Below are positions 27,008-38,690 of a stretch of DNA of 64,000 nt, in pieces. Source of the stretch: Antedon mediterranea (lineage: Eukaryota; Animalia; Echinodermata); assembly GCF_964355755.1 (NCBI RefSeq), contig NC_092672.1, forward strand, positions 5,952,001 through 6,016,000, written 5' to 3'. Within the stretch, counting starts at the first letter, position 1, and each line of letters opens with the position of its first letter. A program made the position numbers and the translations under genes. The notes under the pieces were generated by a model. That model was not told the origin of the DNA and searched no databases. It was given only the letters and a program-made list of their open reading frames with translations.

Positions 27008-27188
27008 TGGCAAACGTTATTGCTTTTCTTACCAACGTAAATATTCTAGGTTTTATTCCTGCCAATGGTCAGTGATGATTAGCCTAATACCTAAAACAGT
27101 TATAACAGCTACCTACATACTCAATTATTTCAGTTTAAATATGGTCCAAATAAATTTGATAAATAACAGTGTGTTTATTTTATTTTAG

Positions 27189-27250
27189 CCATATATTGTC
27201 GAAATTCTCAATTCACTACGTGGAGATATTTTCAAGAGATTCCTGGAGAG
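27189..27250 (+). CDS. GRK2: GRK2/3 RH-domain exon, PYIVEILNSLRGDIFKRFLE(S)
   Basis: attttag| 62 nt |gtaag, ending in phase 2; matches recalled [21 protein letters not shown]. Confidence 0.93.
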
Positions 27251-27339
27251 GTAAGAAGTACATACAGTTTGTTAATATTGGCAATATTCCATGGCCATGC
27301 TAGCCAACTAGTTTGGGACAGTATGTACAATTGTATTAA

Positions 27340-27686
27340 AGATGTATTGTCCCCCTGTAAAAATAATTCTTAAAAAAATTGTTGTTGAATATGCCATTTT
27401 AATGCAACATAATAGTTATCCATTTTGACCAAAAATTGGTTCGAGAAAAAAAATGTATTTACCTGAAAAAACTGTAATTTATAGCAAAAAATTGCCAAAT
27501 TGGCTGCCAGCTAGTGGGTTTTTGGTTGAATTTAACCATTTATTTTGTCCATTTATAGGTGAAAACATAATTTGTTTTCATTTTTTTTTCAATGGAAGTG
27601 ATTAACTTTATTAAAACTACAAAATAACATATTAAAAGTCTGATTTAATTAATCTTCATTTTTCATGTTTTTGGGACAATATATCT
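27340..27686. mobile_element. TTAA-flanked MITE (same family as 6419-6759)
   Basis: ttaa|agatgtattgtcccc ... gggacaatatatct|ttaa. Confidence 0.75.
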
Positions 27687-29069
27687 TTAAAGAAACAAAA
27701 TTATAATTTTGAACATACAATTTTCAAAAAATACAAAATACGTTTTCTGCCAAGACGTCACTGGAGTAACATTAACTATAGAATTATTGTTCTAAAAACA
27801 AGTTAATATATTTAATCAATTCTTAATTAACTTGGATGGATAAATAAGGCATCTCTTTGGTTTAAAATTAAACTGTATATTGTTATGATTTTTTTTTCTC
27901 TGTCTTGTAACCGTATTTAACGCATGGCTTTTGCATTGGCATTACTTCTATAATTGTTTTATAGTCTCAACCTTTTAAAAAAAGGCCGTCTATTTTTGTT
28001 TGTTCCCATTGTTTAGTTTTATTATATATAGTAACAATTTATGTTGATGAATGTATAAGTAGGCCACTTGAATACCAGTAAATTTAAGTGATTGACATTT
28101 TATGTTAAAATATAAAATTTTTCTTTTAAAAGTAGTTTTTAATATTTTGGTTTTGAGTATAGATCCATACATGTCAACATGTTAGAATATAAAATTTATT
28201 AAAAAAAAAAAATGTTATTATAAAGGAACAAAATGATTTGTATTATAAAGGAACAAAATGGTATGCAAAAGCCTATGTTTTCTTGTTTTAAACACATCCT
28301 TTTGTTAGTTTTGTTATTTTTATTGGATATAGTAAAACTGAACAATTTGTGTAATTTTTTCAATGTACAGTAAGTAGGTCACTGGAGTATATACTAAACC
28401 TAATTTGAATACTAGTATTAAAATTTGATCGACATATTTCATTTAGGCTTTAGTGAACCCACACACTTCAGGGTAAAACTAGGTATATGGCAGTTAGCAA
28501 CATGTTAAAATTTAAGAATTCTCCAAGAAAATACTCTATACCATATGTGTATACACACATATCTATTATACTATGTCAATATTAACTTTAATTATATGCT
28601 AATATTCATGACACATATTATGTTAATTGGATTATATACTGATTGAATGTCAATAACTTCTTGTTCAATATTTACCTAGCAATCGCGTATGTTTTTAAAT
28701 GTGTTTTGTTTCAAAATCTTAAGAATAATAGTTTTGGCTACAAATTGTGCTTGGTTTCATAGACACTCTCATTTGATGGATGGAACTGTATTTTAGTTGT
28801 CTTTAGATGGTTTCTCTAGTGTTTGGCCATTTGCACCATTCATACGCTTATGGGTGCCTAATGCTAAAGTGGTACATTGCAATTTATTGCGTACCTCTCC
28901 AGTATAAATACTATATTTAACATTAAAGGTTGTAATACGAATTTGTAATGCGTAAATTCCAGCAGTAAGTGATCAAAGAGAGAGCTCAAAAAAGAAAAAG
29001 ATGAGTTTTCAAGGCAGATTTAAAGGCGATATTTACTTTCCATTAACATAACAATTTTTTTTTTGACAG

Positions 29070-29121
29070 TGAGAAGTTCACAAGATTTTGCCAATGGAAG
29101 AATGTAGAACTAAATATTAAT
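29070..29121 (+). CDS. GRK2: GRK2/3 exon, (S)EKFTRFCQWKNVELNIN
   Basis: ttttgacag| 52 nt |gtaagt; phase-compatible with the preceding exon; near-identical to recalled DKFTRFCQWKNVELNIH. Confidence 0.95.
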
Positions 29122-30386
29122 GTAAGTAACATACTTTGCTATCTACATTATCAATACTCTGTTGTTTGTTCTATATCACATTGTCTATTTTGTGATTGTT
29201 TTATGAATACGCCACAACAGAATAACTTCTTTATGGAAATACTTTTTCTAAATGTTTGTTTACTAAGAAGAGAAGTATGAACAAATTCCATATACGTTGA
29301 AAGTAATATCATGGGGTAGTTTCTTGAATGATCGTAATCAAAACGGTACTGGGTTTGGTCTACTAGCGTTCCTGCTCTCAACTAGTCATCCATTCATAAA
29401 AGCGTTGATGAAGAAAGCTTACTTGGTGGTGACTATAGAATGAATAGTCCAGAGATAACGACTTTGTTGTTATAGGCAATGTTTAGGATTTGGATGGTGC
29501 TTTTAGAGGCTTTTGTGTGTTTAGAGTCTTTGCCTTTGAGTACATGGGTTTTTAGCCATTTGCCTCGTCTTTTCTTTGTTTTCTTGAACTTTTTTGTGCA
29601 ATGGAGATTTCAAGTACATAGATGTTCTCGGACGTTGCGCATAGTGCTTTTTGAGCGTTTGGGTGCAAACTGTTTCACATTTAAATTGCTTCTGTGTTTA
29701 GCAACTCCGCGCCATGCTAGATTCATACTAAACCTGAATCCGGTTTGAGAAAAAAATGTATATAGTTACATTACAGAATCAAAGCATGCACACAAAAAAA
29801 AAAATGTGTAAAAACCTTTAGATTATACATAAAAGCCCTAAATGAGACTTATATGGGATTCTTTTCTTCCTGTAATTGTCAAGTTACCTCACTATTTAAA
29901 AAAAATGTCCTAGTAATGCTTGGAAAATGAGTTTATAATTGCGTAATATAACATGAAAACCATATTTAAATGTATGTATGTAAGTTTATGATATAAATAC
30001 ACCCACCCACTCAGTTCAGTCAGTGTACTATTTACATTTGAACACAACATTATGTAATAGTTCATTGTTTAGAAAACATGCTTTGTCCTTTTATATTGAA
30101 GTGCTTCCTAGTTTTCATGATTTCCTTTATAACAGTATCGCCATGACGCGCACCTCACTATTAGCACATGATTTATATATATCTTGGTATTTTTATTTCA
30201 ACGATAAAATACATTAGCAGCCAAAAGCTGAATTGCTGCATTTTTTTACAATAAAATTACAATATTCAAATATAAAAATGACATCAAAAAGTTCAAATTT
30301 AAATTTAAAAAACCTTCGATTTTACAATAAAATAACAATATTTAAATATAAAAATTACATCAAAAAGTTCAAATTTAAATATAAAA

Positions 30387-31826
30387 CTAGAATTTAATTC
30401 GTCACTTTGACGAATTATAGGTGATCATTTTTATCATTTTAATGAAATTAACAATTTTTAAACATGCATACGTTAAAATACGATCGTAAAAAGTTGATGT
30501 ACGCCATCCTACGACATGATGCATATATGCTTATAGGGCCGAGTTGTACCTATTATATGTCATATACAATATGTACAGTATACTGTATATCCATATACAG
30601 TGTAGCATAGGTGAGATTACGGGACCCACATCATGTTCTAACTTTTTGGAATGATGACGTTGTCAAAATAAATTTGAAGATCACAATTTCGAAAGATAAT
30701 GAATTGAGCAAAACATTATAAGATTTGGAAGAAAATGTGGCACGTAGAAGCGCACTGCGCACTCTTTGAGATTTGTATAAATTTGACGAAAGAGAGAAAA
30801 AAACTACTTTTTAACTTCAACTGGCCATTTCATAACGTCAAAACATCCGATATGCTTAATTTTTATATGAATTCATATCTACATTTCATCAGCTTTCATA
30901 ATAAATTATAATCATCAAGGTCCCATTTAATTCGGAAGAGCTGTAAGATATTCAAATGTATGGTGTAGGTGAAATTACACGACCTATGTTATTCAAGTTT
31001 TTACGCGTGATGATGTCATCAAAATGAAAATGTTGACAACTCCGTTGAATGTGATAATCTATGACAAAAGAGAAAAAAAAATAAATTTTTAAATTCGAGT
31101 GGCCATTTGATGACGTAAAACATTTTGTACGTAAAATGTGTACATGAATTCATATCTACAACTCAACGGCTTCCAGAAAAAGTTTAAAAAATTGGGGGTC
31201 ATCGTGCATTCTGAAGAATTATTTTCATTTTAAAAATGCCCTATTTTTCATCATTTTCAGCACTTTTATGCAATTAATGTGCGCATTTTGTCATTTTTAA
31301 CATGCTCGTATAGCGTTATTTTAAGTCGGAACGGACTCAAATTTGGTGAATGTACTAAGGATGGTGAGTAGCATGCGATTTCTACAAAAAATTCGTATTT
31401 TTATGCTTTTTAAGAATTGCGCGCGCAAAAACGCATTTTAAGTAATTTTTTGAAACACGCAAATAGCCTAATTCATGCTCTAAATTGATCAAAACTTAAT
31501 TTTGAGCTTTTTAAATTTTTAACGCGCGATTTCACGCGTATGACCCTACGTGCGCGTGCGTTTTATTAGCTATTATTTTTACCCTTGACCTGAAGTTTAT
31601 TTATAGTGAAATTAATTAATATGTGATAATGAATTATGGAGATATGATTGATAATGAGATTTCACAAAATAGCGTATAAATGACGTCACGGATGAGTGAT
31701 CGCGCTGAAAAGCTTATTAGGACTAAGTTAAAGTATTTGAAAGACATTGTCAAATTTTGGTAATCATTGACATTCAATCACATACAATAACAATAGGTGA
31801 TCATTTTATTCTAAATGATCACCTAA
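30387..31826 (-). mobile_element. Helentron-type non-autonomous element (HINE/DINE-like)
   Basis: Minus strand: 5' TT plus hairpin taggtgatcattt-agaata-aaatgatcaccta; 3' repeat of atgatcaccta, hairpin aattcgtca-aag-tgacgaatt, then CTAG. Inserted in a T run with no TSD; the adjacent tandem copy (30245-30320) shows the empty site. Second copy at 59401-60995. Confidence 0.8.
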
Positions 31827-32220
31827 AAAAACCTTCGTTAAGAGATATAAAATATCTATGTACAAAAACAACTATATAAAGGTGACTTGTGATTTTAAGA
31901 TATATATTCTCTACACACTTCTGTTCTTCTGCATTATTCCATTTATCAGGTGTCCCATGGAAGTCTCCCTGATATACTAGGAGAATCTCAGATTTTTAAC
32001 TCGTCACTTGGCTTTCCAGGCTCCATGCGTTTTGCGTTTAATATATTGTTTATTATTGTTTTTTTTAAATTTTAGTTAGATTATGGGACTGCACTGACTC
32101 TTGAAGTTATAGTAATCTGACCAATTCATCTCTGTATATTTTAAATCATGGTGAAATAAATAAATGAAATGTAATAAATAAAAGTGTATTAGATTTGAGA
32201 AGAGAGCAGTGGCTTTGAGT

Positions 32221-32500
32221 GGAGCTGTGGCTTGGTGGTTATGATGCTTGGCTACCAATCTAAGGGTCCTGGGTTCAAGTCCTGTCATATGTCAGGGTTT
32301 TTTCTCATGACAATTTACAACTCCACTCCCAAAGACTCAATAATAAGTCTTTGTTTATGTAGAGCATCTTGTGTATATGTTTGTCTTGTGAAATTATTAA
32401 ATAGTTTATCCATCCTGTAATTGGCGGGTTACTCGCAGTTGGATGAGTATGAAATAAAATTAAAAAAAAAAAAAATAAATAAAAAAAATAAAAAAAAAAA
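32221..32500 (+). mobile_element. tRNA-derived SINE
   Basis: A box tggcttggtgg and B box ggttcaagtcc at tRNA spacing, about 200 bp of body and an A-rich tail at 32452-32500. Confidence 0.75.
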
Positions 32501-32639
32501 CATTGCCAAAGATTCAAACTCGGGCTAAGCAGATGTCCCACTATTAAACTACTAGGGCTATCGTTGGTAATGATCTTAAAGATGTGCAACATATTATAAA
32601 ATAAATTTACTGTATAGGATTATAAAATTTCTCCATTGT

Positions 32640-32789
32640 TGTCTACACTATCAAACGAATTTTACAATAAAGTGTGATGTGCGCAAATATGGTAGTGATA
32701 TGCCCAAATTTGGTAGTGATATGACATATCCATATATGGGCACATCACATTTTTGCTGTCATATAAGGTGTGATAGTGTAGTCAGAGCT
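32640..32789 (+). mobile_element. PIF/Harbinger-like MITE (array-associated copy)
   Basis: Same internal sequence and same right flank (ttagggttaac..agtaaaacagaat) as the 10024, 59172 and 61602 copies. Confidence 0.8.
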
Positions 32790-32916
32790 TTAGGGTTAAC
32801 TTCAGTAAAACAGAATAAAAGAATTTATAGGAATATTTACAGTGTATATGTAATTAACGTCAATCTAATCACTGTTTAACTATTTAAATTTTCATTAAAC
32901 ATAGTGCGAAATAATA

Positions 32917-33358
32917 AGCAGTATAATACCATAGATACAATTATATACCATAGATATAACCTAGACATCTGATTGGTTAGCAGTATAATACCATAGATAC
33001 TATTATATACCATAGATATAACCTAGACATCTGATTGGTTAGCAGTATAATACCATAGATACTATTATATACCATAGATATAACCTAGACATCTGATTGG
33101 TTAGTAGTATAATACCATAGATACTATTATATACCATAGATATAACCTAGACATCTGATTGGTTAGTAGTATAATACCATAGATACTATTATATACCATA
33201 GATATAAACTAGACATCTGATTGGTTAGTAGTATAATACCATAGATACTATTATATACCATAGATATAACCTAGACATCTGATTGGTTAGTAGTATAATA
33301 CCATAGATACTATTATATACAATACCATTGATATATAACCTAGACATCTGATTGGTTA
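32917..33358. repeat. 62-bp minisatellite, about 7 copies
   Basis: Unit agcagtataataccatagatactattatataccatagatataacctagacatctgattggtt. Confidence 0.97.
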
Positions 33359-36300
33359 AAACTACACGCATAATTTAACTTGTGTCTGCTTCACTGAACT
33401 ACTGTAATCTGATCAATTTCAGGTTTTACTGCCCTCAACTTCTCTCATAAATTCCACTATTTGTTTATTCTGTATGCTTGTGTCTTCCATAATTCATTTG
33501 TTCTCTGATGGTCAGTTTTTATTTTTATCATTTTCTTGATTCTTGTATTTATTTACTAGAGAGGCTTTTACCCTGAAATGGGTTGAATATGGCTAGCAAT
33601 GATGATGATTTACTTTGCTACAAAATTTTGTTTCCTTTCTATGATGTGCTTTTGTTTTACAACTCATAGTTTGTCTTTCTGATGTCTATATTATTATTAT
33701 TATTATACTTTAATTATTCTGTGCTTACTAATGGTAATTAGGTAAATTTTTTTTTTTTTTTTTTGCTCATAGAAGAAGTAAAATTTAACATGTTGTCTTT
33801 GTGCAAATTATCAGGCATAAGGCTCACATTTTTTTACCAATCTCAATATTTTTTATATCATATTACTTGAAAACATGAAAATTCTATTGTTTGACATGCC
33901 TAATCACCGATCTTAGGCCAAAACATTATAAAAATCACTTTTTTGGGAGTATAAATTATGGATGTTTCAGTCCATAGATATTTTGACCCCAGTTGGCCGA
34001 AAAAAAAAAATTGGTCATAATTAGGAAATCTCAAGTCAGCAGCAACCTCAAACTTGACATGTATGTCCCATTGTGAATAAATTTATTTTTCTGAATAAGT
34101 TGATTGATTCAATTTATGTTAGGTAAATGAATATAGGGTGAATTGTTCTTAGTAAGAAATTACAATTACCATAAAATGATACTTTGATGTTCACTGAAAT
34201 TGTAACTTTTTCTTATGTGACCGACCAACAATAAAAGAAATGATAATTTTTATTTCATGAATGAAATGTTCTTTATGTATATATCTATAGAATACTTGTA
34301 CTCCAGTTCATTGTGTTTCATAATCCGTATACAAGTTTTTCCAAGTGTGTTTTGATGGTAACGAATTACATACATTATTGTTGAATGTTATCATAACAAA
34401 AGGGAAAAGCTAACTAAAATATTAGTAAGCGTCATTGAAGTTATTGGCAAACTTTTTTGAATATGAAAACATATATTCTAACGATTTTGACACCATAATT
34501 AAGTATCTTTGACTAGCGGTTTCCAAGATACAGAGTATATTTGTGTCCAAAAAGGGTAATTTTAATTTTGTAGCTTTTTGTTTACATCCTATCGCTGCCT
34601 AAAACTCTCACATGTAGGATTAAAAATTAAAAATTGAACTCTTACGTAAAGTTTTATTATTTGTAAAATAAAAATCTAGGCCTACTACCGTACCACATAC
34701 AAAAGAATAATGATTTATATTAATAAGGGCACGTCTATGAGAAAGTTTGTTTTGCCAAGCTAGGCTAGCCTATATTTCTACCGAAAACAACAGGCAACGA
34801 TTTTGAAAATATAAATGGCACTCTCACTTTATTATAAATGTATTGCACAACAGGGTGCTTCGCGCAAGTCAGCGTTTGCACGGCTGAAAAAAGTGCTTGT
34901 CGACAGGACCTGTGGCGAAGCGAAATTTATTAAATGATGCCTCAGATGGCCAAAAATGGTACTCTCGCACATAAAATTATGATAAATGGCGCCTCTAATT
35001 TGCAGGAAACGGCACTCTCATGTAACATGCTACCAATGAGCAAAATGATCATACCTTTTCCCTCCAATAAACACACATAACTAATTAAAGGACGATAACA
35101 TTTTGTTGCCGATTTTATTAACTCAATATTTTGTTTTTATTGCGAATTGTGTTCAAGTTCAATGCGAACATACGTCTGGGTGAAGCTCCAAAAAACGGGC
35201 AAAATTCAATGCCTATTATAGCCCAATATTTATTTACATCAATTTGTTAAGGAAATTCAATATATTGATATAAAAAGTTTGATGTGCCCAAATATTGTAG
35301 TGATATGATGTCATTGTGTCCATATATGGTCACATCACATCTTTTTGTCACATAAAGTTTGATAGTCAGAGCTTAAGAGGCCTCTTATTTAAAGTAGTCT
35401 CTTCCATAACCAATATAAATTTATGGTCCAGGAAATTGTTTTCTAGTACAGTTTAATCTGTCGTAAATAGACATCTTCTACACACATGCTGTAGGTAACC
35501 ACAGCATTTCATTTTTGATATACACAATAGGTAGGCCTACGTTGTTGTCTGGCGGTGTCCTTTTTACGAATCGTTCGTGCCCCAGCTCGCTGTATGAGTA
35601 CGATACACACGTCAATATCGTGTTACATCCAGGGGCCAAAATGTGTTTATTTTGTATTTATATCTGTACTTGATCAAACCAGGAATGTATAGTACTTTCC
35701 TGATAAAACTCATTTTATAGTTTAAGATATTGTGATCTTCAATACCTTTGCTGAATATAGATCTGTATGATATATTATCTATCATGGAGCAATGAAGAGC
35801 ATTTAATATAATTCTTGGTTGGGGCGGCTGCTTCTCATTCTCACAGGTTTCCTCATATTTATGGTTTCAAATTGATATTCATTATATAACCGTTTTTTTG
35901 GTTCAATTTAGTCAGAAAACAATCATTTGAATAGTAGGCTGGGCATTTTAAGTGAAACAAATTGCAAACAGAGATTTTTCTTTTTTAAATGGTGACATGT
36001 GACAAGAAAAAATTTGATCATCACACCTCTCACTCTTGCTGATGATATGCAAATTAGCTTAAATATGCAAATAAGGGTGACATTACAGGGTTACCACATA
36101 TCAAAAACTAATAGTCAAAGGGAGTTGATTTTTTCACTGATAAATTCAGAAGTATATATATATTTATATTTGCTCTAATGAAACATTTTTACCAAAAAAC
36201 ATTTGACCCTCGACCCCATTTTTCAATACTTCCGGCCATTTTTTCTTATCATCGTAATCTCCATCATCAACTTCATGTTCGTCATCGTCATCATTTTGTC

Positions 36301-38690
36301 ATCATTATCTTTATTGTCGTCTTCATCTGTATATAAATTAGTCATACAATTATACAATATACAAGTTTGAACTACTTCAATGTTACTTTATTATAATATA
36401 ATATATTTAATATATTGCAACAATTTAAAAAATTAATAAGCTAACTACCTCTGTAAAACAATTGATTTAAATAACTCTGGTTATTTTTATATAGTTTACT
36501 TATAAGAACAAGTAGTTTGTGTAATATTCCATAATACTGTAATACCATAATATTAATATCTTATTTAAATGACAATAAAATAACATATTTACTTTAAATT
36601 TTTCATATTATATTATGTATGACAAATAATATACATGTATGAAAATTAATAAAAGCAAAAGATTCAATGTTTAAATTATTATTATATTATTTAAAAATGT
36701 TTAAATTCTAAAATAGTAAATAAAATTTAGATATACACACCACTACCACCAACATTATTAAAACTAAACTAATGTGATAAAATTATTGCATGTAAATAAC
36801 ATGGTATATATGCTTTATTTAAACACGAAGACTTGGCTCAACTAGCAGTTGTTTTTCTGCAAGGCCGTGTATAAAAACAAAAAGTTCACAAACAAAAACC
36901 TTAACTACAATACATTGTACTGAAATATAAATACTAATAAACAATCTTAACTACTGTTTTTGATGTTCATTTATGCTTAAAACTAACTACTGAATAGATT
37001 AAAAAATAAACATGGCAGAGATATAATGTTTCAATTAAAATACACATTATACCTTTACAAAGTTGTCATAATTTGTTTTTAAATAAAAAAATGGTTTGAC
37101 AATTTTTAAGATCATCATTAATTTCATTCTATATATATATATATATATATGTGTCAAAGTCAAAATTGCTAAACACTATTTTTATATTAAGTTTCATACT
37201 ATAGTATTGATATATGATAACTATATATTAGCTTTTTTTAAAGAAAATTATTGTTCTCTGGATTTTGTTTTTGTATGCATTTTATATTCTTTTTTTGCTC
37301 CATAATTCGTCAATTTGTAGTGAATTTACCGATCGTATGGGCTAGAATTTTTACTTTTGTAATGAATTGTGTTGTGTCTATAATTCTTATGTGATTAAAA
37401 ATATTTTTCTCTTTTAGTTAATGATTATGCAAATTGATTGATCCATATATTTGTATATATAACATTTTACAGTACTTTGATTCTGCATTGTTTAGAATGC
37501 CAATTATAAGTAAATCATTATACTATACAAAGATTCTAGACAGTCTATTTGTTGTTTACTTGAGTGAACTGTCTATAGAATTGATTGCATCATCCCTAAC
37601 TTCTCTCATCATTATCTATGCATAGTACTGTATGTTTGTTTATTTTTATTACTAATCTTTTTTTTTTTTTGTAATATGTCAATTTTTTGATACATGTTTC
37701 TGTAAAATTTATTTCCTATCTGTGTTTTTGTTACATAGTTCTCCTAATTTGTATTTTACACACAACACAAGTGAGTTAGTTTATTGAGAAATACTGTAAA
37801 ACCAGAAACTTTCGCAACATGAAACGCAAATCGGTTGCATCAGCAATTTTTGTGACAATCTGACATAAAACTTTCACAAATTTGAAAAATAAAGTACAAG
37901 TAAATATTTTATGTGCGACATTTGTGGTGTTGAAATGCATGTACTATGTGTGTAACTCATTGTAGTAAAATTAATAACAACGCGTCAAACATTGTATGCT
38001 CTCTCTTCGTATAAAGATGCTACTGTAGTATACAGTCGAGTTACAGTAACAAGACTGTGTACTGTATTCTCACTTAGCAATAAGAATGCGATGTCCTTTG
38101 TGTTTACCGACATTATGTGATAACGCAAACAAAACAGCTATCACTATCAGTAGTAGGAGCACGTGTACTGGAAATTGCTTGTATGTTACAAGTTACTGTA
38201 TAGTTGACCCAATTCCCACGCATCATTGTACAGACGTATTGAATTCTCACTTAGCAATAATAATGCAACATCGCTGAATTAAAGGTCCAGTGTGTTGTCA
38301 TAGAGAGCCAGTAAATCAGTATCAGTATGGATGTTCGTGGAATTTTGGGGGAATTACACCAGCCAAATGAGGTAATATCAAGATCGCCATATAAGGGGGA
38401 TGGCTGGGTGGGAAGATTAAAATGTTTGTACAACTATTTTATTGAACGGCTAATGAAGTGTATAAATAATACTCTAAATTCCTATTTGTTGCTATAATTT
38501 GAAATTGGCCTATCCTACATTTTTTTGGCTACTGCCCACTTCAGAAATACCCACTGGTCTACAGAAAAATAAATTAATTTACTGTGGTTGGAACTTCAAC
38601 AAAGTGTCCCCTTTGACTAATGTTGCTGTAAATGTATCTTTATTTGCCCTTGGTGACACATATAACTTTTATCAGATTGTTATTCAGACT

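Noticed and set aside
31950-32120. Next GRK2 (kinase) exon
   Set aside because: Acceptor-like sites at 31950 and 32076 give peptides with no resemblance to the GxGxxG kinase start.
32221-32295. tRNA gene
   Set aside because: A and B boxes are present but the acceptor stem does not pair well, and the sequence continues into a body and A-rich tail, so it is a SINE head.
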